In this document: positions 19,827 through 30,269 of the stretch, piece by piece | How positions within the stretch are numbered: the first letter of the stretch is position 1 | How the letters are laid out: each line of letters starts with the position of its first letter | Source: a virus | Length of the DNA stretch: 64,000 nucleotides | IMG/VR virus record: IMGVR_UViG_3300027749_000039 | Coordinates: 1 to 64,000 of that record | Direction: 5' to 3' (one strand) | Program-made: the position numbers and the translations under genes | The notes under the pieces: model-generated | Database searches by the model: none | The model's input: the letters and a program-made list of their open reading frames with translations, nothing else | Told to the model about the DNA's origin: nothing

Positions 19827-20859
19827 TAATGACGAAATTGAAAATGATGAATATGTTTATATAGAGCAAGATTTTGAATATGTTTATGGTGATAAACCTG
19901 GGGAAATTCCACTTTGCGTATTAGCCGCATTTAATTTAGGTGCTATTAAGTCTCTAGATGAATTAGAAGAAATGGCAGAATATGCTGTAAGAATTTTAGA
20001 TTTTGTAATTGAAATGCAGGACTATCCAGTAGCAGCTGCTAGAAAAATGTTGAAAAGACGATCAATAGGTGTTGGTGTAACAAATTTCGCTTATTGGTTA
20101 GCAAAAAATAATTTAACTTATACTGATGACAAGTCATTAGTAGAAATTGATAGATTATTTGAACATGTTCAATATTATTTACTAAAGGCTTCTAATCAAT
20201 TAGCAAAAGAATTTGGGCCTTGTGAATACTTCGATAGAACTAAGTATTCTAAAGGATTACTTCCAATAGATCACTATAATAAAAATGTAGATTCTTTGGT
20301 TAAGAGAGAATATGATTTAGATTGGGAAGCTTTAAGAGCTGATATACTAGAATACGGTATAAGAAACTCTACTTTGACAGCACAAATGCCTACTGAATCA
20401 TCAGCGGTTGTATCAAATGCAACTAATGGTATTGAAGCACCGAGAAAGCTAATAACTACTAAAAAATCTAAATCCGGTGGACCATTACCATGTGTTGTTC
20501 CCGAAATGAATAAGTTAAAAAATAAATACCAATTCTCGTATGAATTTGATAATACAGCAATGAATAAAGTAGTATCTATTATACAAAAATGGTTTGACCA
20601 AGGTATATCAGTAAACCACTATTATGATAAGCGTCAATATACAGATGGTAATATTCCATTATCAGAAGTAGCAAAAGATTTATTAAACTTCTACAAATGG
20701 GGTGGTAAGCAAATCTACTACGCAAATAGTAAGGATTACAAATCAGATAAATTAGAAGATATGATTACATCGGAATCTACAATATCAGTTAAAGAGGCAG
20801 AAATGGAATTAGAAGATCCTAATATAGTTGGTTGTGAAGGAGGAGCATGTCATTTATAA
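19768..20859 (+). CDS. nrdA: Class Ia ribonucleotide reductase alpha subunit, C-terminal piece
   Basis: GEIPLCVLAAFNLG, RRSIGVGVTN, GIRNSTLTAQMPTESS, NGIE, QIYY, C-terminal CEGGACHL. Confidence 0.9.
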   Translation: MMEKVKFVETQYENIVQFCNNDEIENDEYVYIEQDFEYVYGDKPGEIPLCVLAAFNLGAIKSLDELEEMAEYAVRILDFVIEMQDYPVAAARKMLKRRSIGVGVTNFAYWLAKNNLTYTDDKSLVEIDRLFEHVQYYLLKASNQLAKEFGPCEYFDRTKYSKGLLPIDHYNKNVDSLVKREYDLDWEALRADILEYGIRNSTLTAQMPTESSAVVSNATNGIEAPRKLITTKKSKSGGPLPCVVPEMNKLKNKYQFSYEFDNTAMNKVVSIIQKWFDQGISVNHYYDKRQYTDGNIPLSEVAKDLLNFYKWGGKQIYYANSKDYKSDKLEDMITSESTISVKEAEMELEDPNIVGCEGGACHL

Positions 20860-20869
20860 TATATACTTT

Positions 20870-22075
20870 ATGATATATATAAATGAGGAACAAATAAATA
20901 ATAAAACTAGATTATCATCTTTGATTAAAACAATTGAGAAAATTGAATTAATCAAAGATGATAATTCTTTAATTGAAGAATACTATGGTATTAAATATAA
21001 GTTTAGTGCTAAAACTAAAATACAATTTCTTTTTCTTCTGAAGAAATATTTTAACGATAGAGCATGTTTAATTAATTTTATTAACCATAACGAACTTAAT
21101 ATATCTTTTGATGAAGATAGATTAATAAAATTCATTAAATATACCAAAGAAAATAATAAAGATAGATGTTCTAAGGAATATCTCTTACTTAAATATGGAT
21201 ATATTGACGAAGATTATTACAAAAATGTTTATGGTATAGGCAAAGAAAAGTTTATTAAAAAATATGGTGAAATTGAAGGAAATATAAAGTATGAAGAATT
21301 CAAAAATAAACATAAAAAAACTTCTAAAAGAAGTATAGGATATTGGCAAAATATGTTTGACAAAAGTGAAGCAAAGGAAAAACTAAAAGAATATCAGACA
21401 TCACATACAAAAAAACATTTTCAAGATAAAACTGAAGATTATATAAACAACTTTAATAGAGAAAATAGTAGATGGTGTAAAGAATATTATATTAAAAGAG
21501 GATATTCTTTAAAAGAAGCCAAACTTATTATAAGCGAAATTAAAAGAAAAGAATCAAAACTATCATTAGATTATTATATAGATAAGGGGTATTCTATTGA
21601 AGAAGGTAGAAAAATGAAAAATGATTATTGGATAGACAATTGTAATAATTTTCTAAATACAAGGCAAACCTCAAAAGAATCTCTTAAAGTTTTTGATAGA
21701 TTATATGAGTGGCTTATAGAAACATATAAAAAAATATCTTTATATTATGGTAATAATGGTAAGCAAGAATACTTTTTGTATGATAAAGAGAATAAAAAAT
21801 ATAATTTTTATGATTTTACTATTTTATATAAAGGAATCAAAATTATAATAGAATATAATGGAGAAAAGTTTCATCCTAATTATAATTTAACTAATGAAGA
21901 TTTAAGTAAATGGAGACAACTTTACACCAATAGAACTGCTGATGAAGTTATTAAAATGGATGAAGATAAAAAACAAATGGCTATTAATAATAATTTTGAA
22001 TATCTTGTTATTTGGTCGTTTGAAAAAAATAATCTAAATAAATGTAAAGATTTTTTATTTAAAAAATTAACTTAA
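20870..22075 (+). mobile_element. Putative homing endonuclease (helical repeats + C-terminal PD-(D/E)xK domain)
   Basis: Repeats YYIKRGYSLKEAK / YYIDKGYSIEEGR; QTSKES, FYDFTI, IIEYNGEKFH, YLVIW; ATG 20870 behind AATATATA. Confidence 0.65.
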
Positions 22076-22117
22076 TCGTTATTTAATAATATAATAATAT
22101 AAAAAAAAATATAAAAT

Positions 22118-22468
22118 ATGAAAAATTCAGAATTGATAGAAAACCAAATTATTGGTACTAAATTAGTAGATCAAAAATTTATTGATGATGTTAATACATC
22201 TACACACTTTACAAGTGGCAGAAAAATAGAGATTGGTGATAAATTGATACATGCTTTCTGCGAAAGTAAAGAAGGAGTTAATTGTAACTTGAGAATGATA
22301 AAGCTTCATCCAGAAGAATATGATATGATATATGAGGACGCTTTCGAAGACGCAAGAAGCGATAAATTTCCAACATTAAAACTGAAAAATGGATGGAGTC
22401 TTACTGATGACGGCTTAAAGTATGCTTATGAAGCAACCTACGATACTAATGGTAATTTCATAAAATAA
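22118..22468 (+). CDS. Hypothetical protein
   Basis: 116 aa ORF. Confidence 0.7.
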   Translation: MKNSELIENQIIGTKLVDQKFIDDVNTSTHFTSGRKIEIGDKLIHAFCESKEGVNCNLRMIKLHPEEYDMIYEDAFEDARSDKFPTLKLKNGWSLTDDGLKYAYEATYDTNGNFIK

Positions 22469-22518
22469 AAAATTACAAATTAAATATTAAAATATTTTTT
22501 ATTTCAGATAATTTTTCG

Positions 22519-22526
22519 TATTTTTG
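22519..22526 (+). promoter_or_regulatory. Bacteroidota-type -7 promoter element
   Basis: CG-TATTTTTG upstream of nrdB. Confidence 0.55.
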
Positions 22527-22556
22527 TAATAATTAAAATTAACAATAAATAAAAAT

Positions 22557-23630
22557 ATGCAACAAATAATTAATACAGATAACACAATTGACTATACCAA
22601 AATACCAGTATTTTTTGGTAATGATGGTATGGCACTTCAAAGATATGATAAGTTTAAATATCCAGGATTCTTTGAATTATTTAAAAATCAAATTAACTCT
22701 TTCTGGCTTCCAGAAGAAGTTGATTTATCAAAAGATCGTTTAGATTATAAAACATTAGGCGATAATGAGAAGTTTATATTTACTTCTAATTTAAAGTATC
22801 AAATACTTTTAGATTCAATTCAAAGTAGAGGTATTCCTAATTTAACAGAGAATTTATCTAACCTAGAAGTAGAAGCTTTTTGTGCGGCTTGGCAATTTTT
22901 TGAAACTATACACTCTTACGCATATACATTTATTATTAAAAATGTATATCACAGCCCAGGTGAGGTATTTGATAATATTTTAAATGATGAAGAAATACTT
23001 AAAAGGACTTCTTCTGTCACTAAATATTATAATTCCTTAATTAACTCTATTGGCGATTCGGAACATGAAAAGAAAAAGAAGTTATATCTAACTTTAATGT
23101 CGGTTAATATACTTGAAGGTATCCGCTTTTATGTTAGTTTTGCTTGTTCTTATGCTTTTGCACAAAATGGTAAAATGGAAGGTAATGCTAAGATTATATC
23201 TTTAATTAATAAAGATGAAAACTTACACCTTGGTTTTACTCAAAAAATGCTTAAAGATCTAAGAAATAGACAAGATGAAGGTTTTGCAGATGTAGTTAAA
23301 GAACTTGAACCAGTTGTAATACAAATGTTTAAAGATGCTGCACAAGAAGAAATGGAGTGGGCTGATTATCTTTTCAAAGATGGCTCAATGCTTGGATTAA
23401 ATGCTGATATCTTGAAAAAGTATATGATGTTTTTGACAAACATGCGTATGAAGTCTATTGATTTAGAACCTATTTTTGAGAAAACAGTTAATCCGATTAA
23501 CTGGATAAATGCATGGACTAATTCTGGTGGTGTTCAGGTGGCTCCGCAAGAAACAGAAAATGAGCAGTACAACAAGGCAGCAGTTAAAGCGGATCTAAAC
23601 GAAACTGACTTTAGTGATTTTGATTTCTAA
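22557..23630 (+). CDS. nrdB: Class Ia ribonucleotide reductase beta subunit
   Basis: FWLPEEVDL, LDSIQ, ETIHSYAY, ILEGIRFYVSF, DENLH, VAPQETE. Confidence 0.95.
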   Translation: MQQIINTDNTIDYTKIPVFFGNDGMALQRYDKFKYPGFFELFKNQINSFWLPEEVDLSKDRLDYKTLGDNEKFIFTSNLKYQILLDSIQSRGIPNLTENLSNLEVEAFCAAWQFFETIHSYAYTFIIKNVYHSPGEVFDNILNDEEILKRTSSVTKYYNSLINSIGDSEHEKKKKLYLTLMSVNILEGIRFYVSFACSYAFAQNGKMEGNAKIISLINKDENLHLGFTQKMLKDLRNRQDEGFADVVKELEPVVIQMFKDAAQEEMEWADYLFKDGSMLGLNADILKKYMMFLTNMRMKSIDLEPIFEKTVNPINWINAWTNSGGVQVAPQETENEQYNKAAVKADLNETDFSDFDF

Positions 23631-23642
23631 TAAAGACAAATT

Positions 23643-23680
23643 AAATAAAAAAGACTTACAATTGTAAGTCTTTTTTATTT
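23643..23680 (+). terminator. Intrinsic terminator
   Basis: AAATAAAAAAGACTTAC-AATT-GTAAGTCTTTTTTATTT. Confidence 0.85.
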
Positions 23681-23693
23681 TAATATATAGTTT

Positions 23694-24558
23694 ATGTTAA
23701 ATTATAATGAGTATTTATTAGAGTCCCAATTTAAAAAATGGGAAACTGAAATTTTAAATGAAAGTTTTGATAGTGTATATGATTCTATTCAACGTTTCTT
23801 GGATAAAGAATATGAGGTCGACACAACTAAGTTTGAGACAGTTGTAGCTAATTTATTTAAGCGATTTAAGAGTAAACTAAAAGTTATATCAATTATTGTT
23901 GGTTTACTAATATCTTCTTATATGGGTGTTGAGAAAGTTAAAGTATTTATTATTGAATAATGCTGGCTTTAATGAACAACAGCAAGAACAAATAATATCC
24001 GAAGCTGAAAGTGAAAAAGAATCTAAAATAAAACAATCTTCATTTATATCTAGTATAGATAATAAACTTAAACAAGGTAAAGACGCTGTGAAGCAAAATC
24101 TTTTTAAGGGCAAAAATGAAATTGGTAGATTTTTAAAAGCTTTAGCTAGTAAAGAATCAAGTTCTAATCCAAAATCAATAAACAACTTGGGTTATATTGG
24201 TAAATATCAAATGGGTAAAATGGCTTTACAAGATTTAGATTTAGATGATACTATAAATGCACATAAATTTAAGAAAAATCCTAGTATATTTCCAGAAAAA
24301 GCACAAGATAAAGCAATGGTTAAATTATTAAAGCTAAATATTCTTTATTTAGGTGATTATTTTAACGATTTTGATGGTAAAATTATTGGTGGGGTTAAAA
24401 TAACTAAATCGGGTTTGTTAGCTGGTTCGCATTTAGTGGGTGCCGGTGCAGTTAAGAAATTTTTAGATTCTAATGGACGAATAGTGCCAAGAGATGGAAA
24501 TGATGTTCCTGTTACAGAATATATACAAAAATTTGGTGGATATCAATTAACTTTTTAA
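23694..24558 (+). pseudogene. Lysozyme/lytic transglycosylase-like protein broken by a 1-nt frameshift near 23940 (ORFs 23694-23960 and 23926-24558)
   Basis: C-part ALASKESSSNP, YIGKYQMG, LLAGSHLVG; removing one base at GTTAAAGTA joins MLNYNEYLLES... to YLLLNNAGF. Confidence 0.65.
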
Positions 24559-24578
24559 ATTATTAACATATAAGGTAT

Positions 24579-24899
24579 ATGAGTAAGAAAAAATTTCCAA
24601 ATAATCTTTATTATTCTACTGATTCTGGGTTAGAAATAACGACAGAAGATATTAAAGCGATAGACTACTCGAAAAAAGTTTTCATCGCTTTAAATAAGTC
24701 TAAAAATAGCAAATTAATTACTTCTGTGAGCAATATTGATACAACAGAAGAAGAATTAAATAGAATTGCTAAAATTATAAAGACTAAATGTGGAACTGGT
24801 GGAAGTGTAAAAGAGGGTGAAATCCTTATTCAAGGAGACTTTAAAGAAAAAGTCTTTAATATTATCAAAGAATTAGGTTTTGATAATATCAAGAAATAA
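24579..24899 (+). CDS. yciH: SUI1/eIF1-like translation initiation factor (YciH family)
   Basis: IAKIIKTKCGTGGSVKEGEILIQGDFKEKV...LGF. Confidence 0.85.
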   Translation: MSKKKFPNNLYYSTDSGLEITTEDIKAIDYSKKVFIALNKSKNSKLITSVSNIDTTEEELNRIAKIIKTKCGTGGSVKEGEILIQGDFKEKVFNIIKELGFDNIKK

Positions 24900-24908
24900 G
24901 ATGTAATA

Positions 24909-25661
24909 ATGGATTCAAATGTAGCTGATATAATTGGCAGTCTAGTTTTAAAAACAAAAAGAATTGATATAAAAGACTTACCAACACAAGGATTTTTTTA
25001 TCAAGAAGATTTTACCTTATCTATAAGGAGAGCAAGTTTCGATGATATACTTTTATATAACTTTAATTATATAAAGGATGATATATCAAGTATTTTACAA
25101 GAAACAAAAAGGATTATAAAAAATAATATTATCTTAGGTGAAAACTATGAATATAATGATATAAAATCAAATGATTTACTTTATATTTTTTTTGAAATAG
25201 TAAAATTTACTATGAACCGTGATATATTAGTTCCATATAAAGATATATTTGATAATATATCTTATGTTCCATTTGAATCTAAATATTTTAACTATTTTAA
25301 TTATGATAGTTTAGGCTGTGAATATGATAGAGAAACTCGTGAGTTTACAAAAGATGGATATAAATTTTCATTACCATCAGTTGGTGTAGAAAATTGTGTA
25401 TTAGATTACATTTTTAGTGTAGATGAGGATATAGATAGAAATTATGATTTCTTATTCTTTTTAGGAAATAAAAAATATTTATCAAATGATGAAGTTGATA
25501 ATTTGGTTACTATTTTTACTGACGATTTAGATGATAATGAAAAAGGTAAAATAAAACAAATAATTAAATTAATTTATCCAGCAATTAGTTATACATTAAA
25601 ATGGAATAATAAAATTATAAATCTAGATTTGAAAATAGATTTTGAAACTTTGTTTATTTAA
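24909..25661 (+). CDS. Hypothetical protein, possibly baseplate hub/tail assembly chaperone-like
   Basis: IKDLPTQGFFY...LSIRRAS pattern reminiscent of myophage hub chaperones. Confidence 0.4.
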   Translation: MDSNVADIIGSLVLKTKRIDIKDLPTQGFFYQEDFTLSIRRASFDDILLYNFNYIKDDISSILQETKRIIKNNIILGENYEYNDIKSNDLLYIFFEIVKFTMNRDILVPYKDIFDNISYVPFESKYFNYFNYDSLGCEYDRETREFTKDGYKFSLPSVGVENCVLDYIFSVDEDIDRNYDFLFFLGNKKYLSNDEVDNLVTIFTDDLDDNEKGKIKQIIKLIYPAISYTLKWNNKIINLDLKIDFETLFI

Positions 25662-26178
25662 TTTTGAAACATTTCCCAGAATTTGAAAAAATTTCTTCAA
25701 ATTTAGTATAATTTTTACCAAAATAAACTATACAACAAGACATTGGTGCGCCTTTTTTATCTTCTACACCTTCGCTCCAAAATTTTAATCTTGTATCATT
25801 TAAAAAACATATACCACAACTTGCTTCAAAGATTAAATCTTTGAAGTGTTTTGTGTTTGTTGCAACTGGTATTAAATACAAAATTTCTGAGCCATATTCT
25901 TTATTTGTTTTAGTTCCTTTTTGAATCCAATTATAAATTGAGGTTTTTGTTTCTGGACTTTTACCATATGGTGGATTTACAAATATAGTTCTATAATTCC
26001 ATGATTCTTTTAATCCATCTATTGGTAAACAATATTTAGTAGATGAATTGATTAAACTATATTCATTTGAGCATGGATCTAATTCAATTTTTCCAAAAAA
26101 TTCCTCTATTAATTTAACATATTTTGGTGGTGTATTCCATGATTTATTTTTCGATACACTAATTCTACCTGCCGACAT
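25654..26178 (-). CDS. Phage Dam-like N6-adenine DNA methyltransferase
   Basis: SWNTPP, ELDPCS, IFVNPPY; ATG 26178 preferred. Confidence 0.85.
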   Translation of the reverse strand: MSAGRISVSKNKSWNTPPKYVKLIEEFFGKIELDPCSNEYSLINSSTKYCLPIDGLKESWNYRTIFVNPPYGKSPETKTSIYNWIQKGTKTNKEYGSEILYLIPVATNTKHFKDLIFEASCGICFLNDTRLKFWSEGVEDKKGAPMSCCIVYFGKNYTKFEEIFSNSGKCFKIK

Positions 26179-26249
26179 TATTTTTATTTTTATATATTTA
26201 TAAACAAAGTCTATATTTAACAATATATAAAATAAAAATAATTTATACA

Positions 26250-26648
26250 ATGATTAAAATAAAAAATGCGCAATTAAATAATGACGCTATTACCGCATTA
26301 AATAATTTAATTGAAATGGATATTAAAGCAGGTGCTGCTTTTAAATTAATGAGAATTATTAAAGAAATATCTTCTTTAGTTGAAGATAAATTAAAAATGG
26401 AACAAAAAATTCTCGAAAAATGGATTGAAACTGGAGTTGATGGTAAGCCTATCCCAGCTCTTGATGAAAAAGGCGAAATAGTTGAAGGTGCTGTTAAGAT
26501 TAAAGATATGAAAATGTTTCAAGTAGAGATGCAATCTTTATTAGAATCTGATTCTTCTATTAATTCAGAGCCAATTAACTTTGAAGATTTAGGATTAGAA
26601 ACTATTAAAATTAAAGATTTATTAAAAATAGATTTTATATTTTCATAA
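26250..26648 (+). CDS. Hypothetical protein
   Basis: 132 aa ORF with TAAAC-N16-AATATATA upstream. Confidence 0.7.
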   Translation: MIKIKNAQLNNDAITALNNLIEMDIKAGAAFKLMRIIKEISSLVEDKLKMEQKILEKWIETGVDGKPIPALDEKGEIVEGAVKIKDMKMFQVEMQSLLESDSSINSEPINFEDLGLETIKIKDLLKIDFIFS

Positions 26649-27433
26649 TGGCTAAGCTTATATTAGATAAATATTATACTGATATAAATATAGCTAAACA
26701 ATGTATAGAAAAAACTTACCAAATAATTGGTAAAGAAAATATTACAGAAATAGTAGAACCATCCGCAGGGAATGGTTCTTTTAGTTTACAATTAGAGTGT
26801 TTAGCATATGATATAGCTCCAGAAGGGGAAGATATAATAGAACAAGATTATTTAGAATTAAATCTACCTTATAAAAAAGGTAGATTAATTATTGGTAACC
26901 CACCATTTGGGTCACGTATGAATTTAGCTCAAAAATTCTTCAAAAAATCAGTTGAAATAGCTGATTTTATTGCATTTATATTACCTATAAGCCAACTAAA
27001 TAATTCATCTACTATGTTTGAGTTTGATTTGGTATATAGTGAAGATTTAGGTAGAATAAATTATTCGGATAGGATGTTACATTGTTGTTTTAACATATAT
27101 AAAAGACCAGAATTAGGTTTAAATAAGAAATTAGAAGCTAAATTAAAAGATATAGTAATAACAAGACAAGATAGTAAAGGGTATAATGAATTAACCTTTG
27201 ATATAAGGATGTGTTATTGGGGCAATGGTTCAGCTGGTAAAATATTAAAAGAAGGCGAAAAATATTCAGGTGAATATAAGATTAATATATTAAATAAAAA
27301 TTTAAAAGAAGATATAATAAAAGTTTTATCAACAGTTGATTGGAAATTAGAGCTAAATTGTATTGCGATGTTAAGGATAAAACAATATAATATTGTGGAA
27401 ATATTAAAGAAATATATTCCTCAAATTAAGTAA
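26648..27433 (+). CDS. SAM-dependent (N6-adenine DNA) methyltransferase
   Basis: KYYT, IVEPSAGNGSF, IIGNPPFG. Confidence 0.8.
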   Translation: MAKLILDKYYTDINIAKQCIEKTYQIIGKENITEIVEPSAGNGSFSLQLECLAYDIAPEGEDIIEQDYLELNLPYKKGRLIIGNPPFGSRMNLAQKFFKKSVEIADFIAFILPISQLNNSSTMFEFDLVYSEDLGRINYSDRMLHCCFNIYKRPELGLNKKLEAKLKDIVITRQDSKGYNELTFDIRMCYWGNGSAGKILKEGEKYSGEYKINILNKNLKEDIIKVLSTVDWKLELNCIAMLRIKQYNIVEILKKYIPQIK

Positions 27434-27472
27434 TAGTATTTTAATATATAAATAAATAATTTTAATATAACA

Positions 27473-29014
27473 ATGCCATCAACATATTCAATTAATCCTG
27501 GTACACCGACAGAAGCATTTAAATTGGCTGATATATATAGCGTTTTAAATGAATTACCAGATAATACGACTAAGTTAATTAATCCACATGATTTAAGAGA
27601 CGGTATTTATACTGCGTGGGAAAACATTGTAATAAAACCAACTCTTGTTAATAGTATTGAATATATTGGTATAGATAGGACTGACTTATATGAGAAAATA
27701 CTTCTTGGTAAAAAACAAATAAGTGGAACTAATATATTAACAACTAGTTTATTAAATTCCGATGTTGATTTATTTTTCTATAATACAAAAACTGATGCTA
27801 ATTTAAGTAATCAAAATACTAGAATAGGGTTTCTAGCAGGCACAGATAATACTTTGTTTTTTGGTTCTACATTATCTATTCCTTTAATTGAAACTAAACC
27901 TGTTGTTAAAACATATGGTGATGTTTTGGATTTCGATATTAAAAACTTCTCTTATGCACAAGTTGGTTCTTCAATTAGTGGCGGCGATATTAATATTTAT
28001 AGTAGATATGGTAATGTATTTATTAATGGTCTAATGTTTCCGACAATAGCGCAAAATAGCACAACTACAAATGGATATGTATTATCTTATGGTAGTGGAG
28101 GTAATTTACAATGGGCTCCTAATACTGTATCAGTAACTACAATAAGTCAATCTGGCACATTTTCTATTACAGCTAATCCACTATATATAAATGGTTACAA
28201 TGCTATGTTTAGTAGTGCTATACCAGTGCCATCTACGATTGGTGCAATATCAGCGGGTAGCACATTTAGTAATATAGCAGTTACTGAAATGATTAGATTG
28301 ATGTTATATCCATATATAGCTCCTACATTATCTTTAAGTTGTTATACACCTACCGTAGAAGCATTTACTTCGTTAAGTGTAACATTTAGTTATACAATAA
28401 CTAAATATATTTCTACATCAACGGTTAGTGTTGCAACAACACCTATATTTATAACTGATACAAATGCTGTGACATATTTAAATGCAGCGCCAACTATTAA
28501 TAGAACATATACTGGAACCGGTTCATATAATACATCATTTACAACACCATTAACATTTACTTTATCTGTTAGTGATGGTATTGGCACATATTCAAGTAAT
28601 ACAACAGTTAATATAGTTTATCCTATATTTTATGGAACAACGACAGTTGCGACTAGTTCTCAAACTGGTATACAAACAATATTAGGCACGTTTAGTAAAT
28701 TATTAAACAGTAATCCAAATCAAACAATAGTATTAAATGGTAATGGAGTTTGTTTCTATTATTTAGTTCCTAGTATTTATAATACTAGTGGTAGTATGTC
28801 AGCTTTATATACAGGAACTTCTTCATCATTTAATCAAAATAGTGTATTTAGAGGAAATGGAACACCATTTACTATGTCTTTAAATTCACCTTCGGTGGCT
28901 ACTTGGACTGGAATACAATATAATTGTTATATCTATTCACCATCAGGCTCACCGACAACAACAACATTGGGTTCATATCCATCATATTCAGCAAGTTATC
29001 AATTTGTTTTTTAA
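27473..29014 (+). CDS. Putative virion structural protein (Ser/Thr-rich, beta-rich)
   Basis: 513 aa, S/T/G/Y-rich composition, AATATATA upstream. Confidence 0.6.
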   Translation: MPSTYSINPGTPTEAFKLADIYSVLNELPDNTTKLINPHDLRDGIYTAWENIVIKPTLVNSIEYIGIDRTDLYEKILLGKKQISGTNILTTSLLNSDVDLFFYNTKTDANLSNQNTRIGFLAGTDNTLFFGSTLSIPLIETKPVVKTYGDVLDFDIKNFSYAQVGSSISGGDINIYSRYGNVFINGLMFPTIAQNSTTTNGYVLSYGSGGNLQWAPNTVSVTTISQSGTFSITANPLYINGYNAMFSSAIPVPSTIGAISAGSTFSNIAVTEMIRLMLYPYIAPTLSLSCYTPTVEAFTSLSVTFSYTITKYISTSTVSVATTPIFITDTNAVTYLNAAPTINRTYTGTGSYNTSFTTPLTFTLSVSDGIGTYSSNTTVNIVYPIFYGTTTVATSSQTGIQTILGTFSKLLNSNPNQTIVLNGNGVCFYYLVPSIYNTSGSMSALYTGTSSSFNQNSVFRGNGTPFTMSLNSPSVATWTGIQYNCYIYSPSGSPTTTTLGSYPSYSASYQFVF

Positions 29015-29030
29015 AAAATAATAATTAAAA

Positions 29031-30269
29031 ATGTCAATATCATTACTAACAAATTTTACATTAAATACTTTTGCACCAATAGACGACAGGATTATATCAA
29101 CTAATTCTGCCGCAAGAGATGCTATTCAATATAAGTATGACGGATTAACTGTATTTAAAACAGATGATAGAACATCATGGACTTGGAACGCAACAGCAGC
29201 AACATGGAGCTATAATTTAACTGGTAATGGTATTTATGCCGGTAATGGTAGTTTAGTTGGTGATACTTATATAAATATAGGTCCAATAAGTAATCCTCTA
29301 TCTTCTATAACAAAAAAGTTTGTTTTATCAGCATCTTCTTCTACATCAAATATTTATTATTCAACTTATTTTAATAGAACTATATCAGGCCTTGATTGGA
29401 GTAATGTTGAGGTAAAAACACAATGGGAACATGATTTAGATACTAGTAATATAGCTTATATATCATATAATCCATTAGATCCTATTTCAAATATATCTGG
29501 TGGTATAGATTTTGGGACAAATAATACAAGAAGATTAACAATTACTAAAAATGGTGTAGTAAGATTGTGGAGTCCAACATATTCTATGGATTTAAATGCA
29601 GGTTTGTTATCTGCTAATAGAACTTTAACATTACCTAATAAAACTGATACAATTGCAACTTTAGGTGATATTTCTGCATTAGCTGCAACTGTTTCTGCTA
29701 TTTCTTTACAAACTGTAACCAATGTTGGTGCAACTTCTTCTTATCCTATAACTTTAAACGCTACTTTTAGTTTAACTCAAAATGCAAAAGAAGTTGTATT
29801 TTTTGACACTAGTAATTATATTTTAAGTGGAGTCATTTCAGCAACAGCTGGATATAGAAATAATACTATTGGTAGCAACTATACTGAAACTTTTACCATA
29901 TTTAATACATCTGGAATTACTGGTGTAATTAGCTTAGAAGTTACTTGTAATGCTTCTGGATTATTCTCATATGTGCCGTCAGGTAGTAGCCCTGGTGCCT
30001 ATAGTAGATACAGCAGAGTTACTAAAGCATCCGCTTCTTTTTACTGGAATGGCACAGCTTATGTACAATTAGGATCCACTACCATTGTTTATACACAACC
30101 AGGTGGTCCTGGTACCTCATATGCACTACCTATTATTAATTTTCAAGTTTCTGGTGCAAATTTAAGATTTATTCAAGCAGCATATACATCTCCACCAGGA
30201 GATGACGATATATTTTTTAATTCGTTAAATACTAGAATTTATTATAAAATAAACATTTCAAAATATTAA
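29031..30269 (+). CDS. Putative virion structural/tail-fibre-associated protein
   Basis: APIDDR...YDGLTV N-terminal motif, ISLQTVTNVG repeat, S/T-rich. Confidence 0.6.
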   Translation: MSISLLTNFTLNTFAPIDDRIISTNSAARDAIQYKYDGLTVFKTDDRTSWTWNATAATWSYNLTGNGIYAGNGSLVGDTYINIGPISNPLSSITKKFVLSASSSTSNIYYSTYFNRTISGLDWSNVEVKTQWEHDLDTSNIAYISYNPLDPISNISGGIDFGTNNTRRLTITKNGVVRLWSPTYSMDLNAGLLSANRTLTLPNKTDTIATLGDISALAATVSAISLQTVTNVGATSSYPITLNATFSLTQNAKEVVFFDTSNYILSGVISATAGYRNNTIGSNYTETFTIFNTSGITGVISLEVTCNASGLFSYVPSGSSPGAYSRYSRVTKASASFYWNGTAYVQLGSTTIVYTQPGGPGTSYALPIINFQVSGANLRFIQAAYTSPPGDDDIFFNSLNTRIYYKINISKY

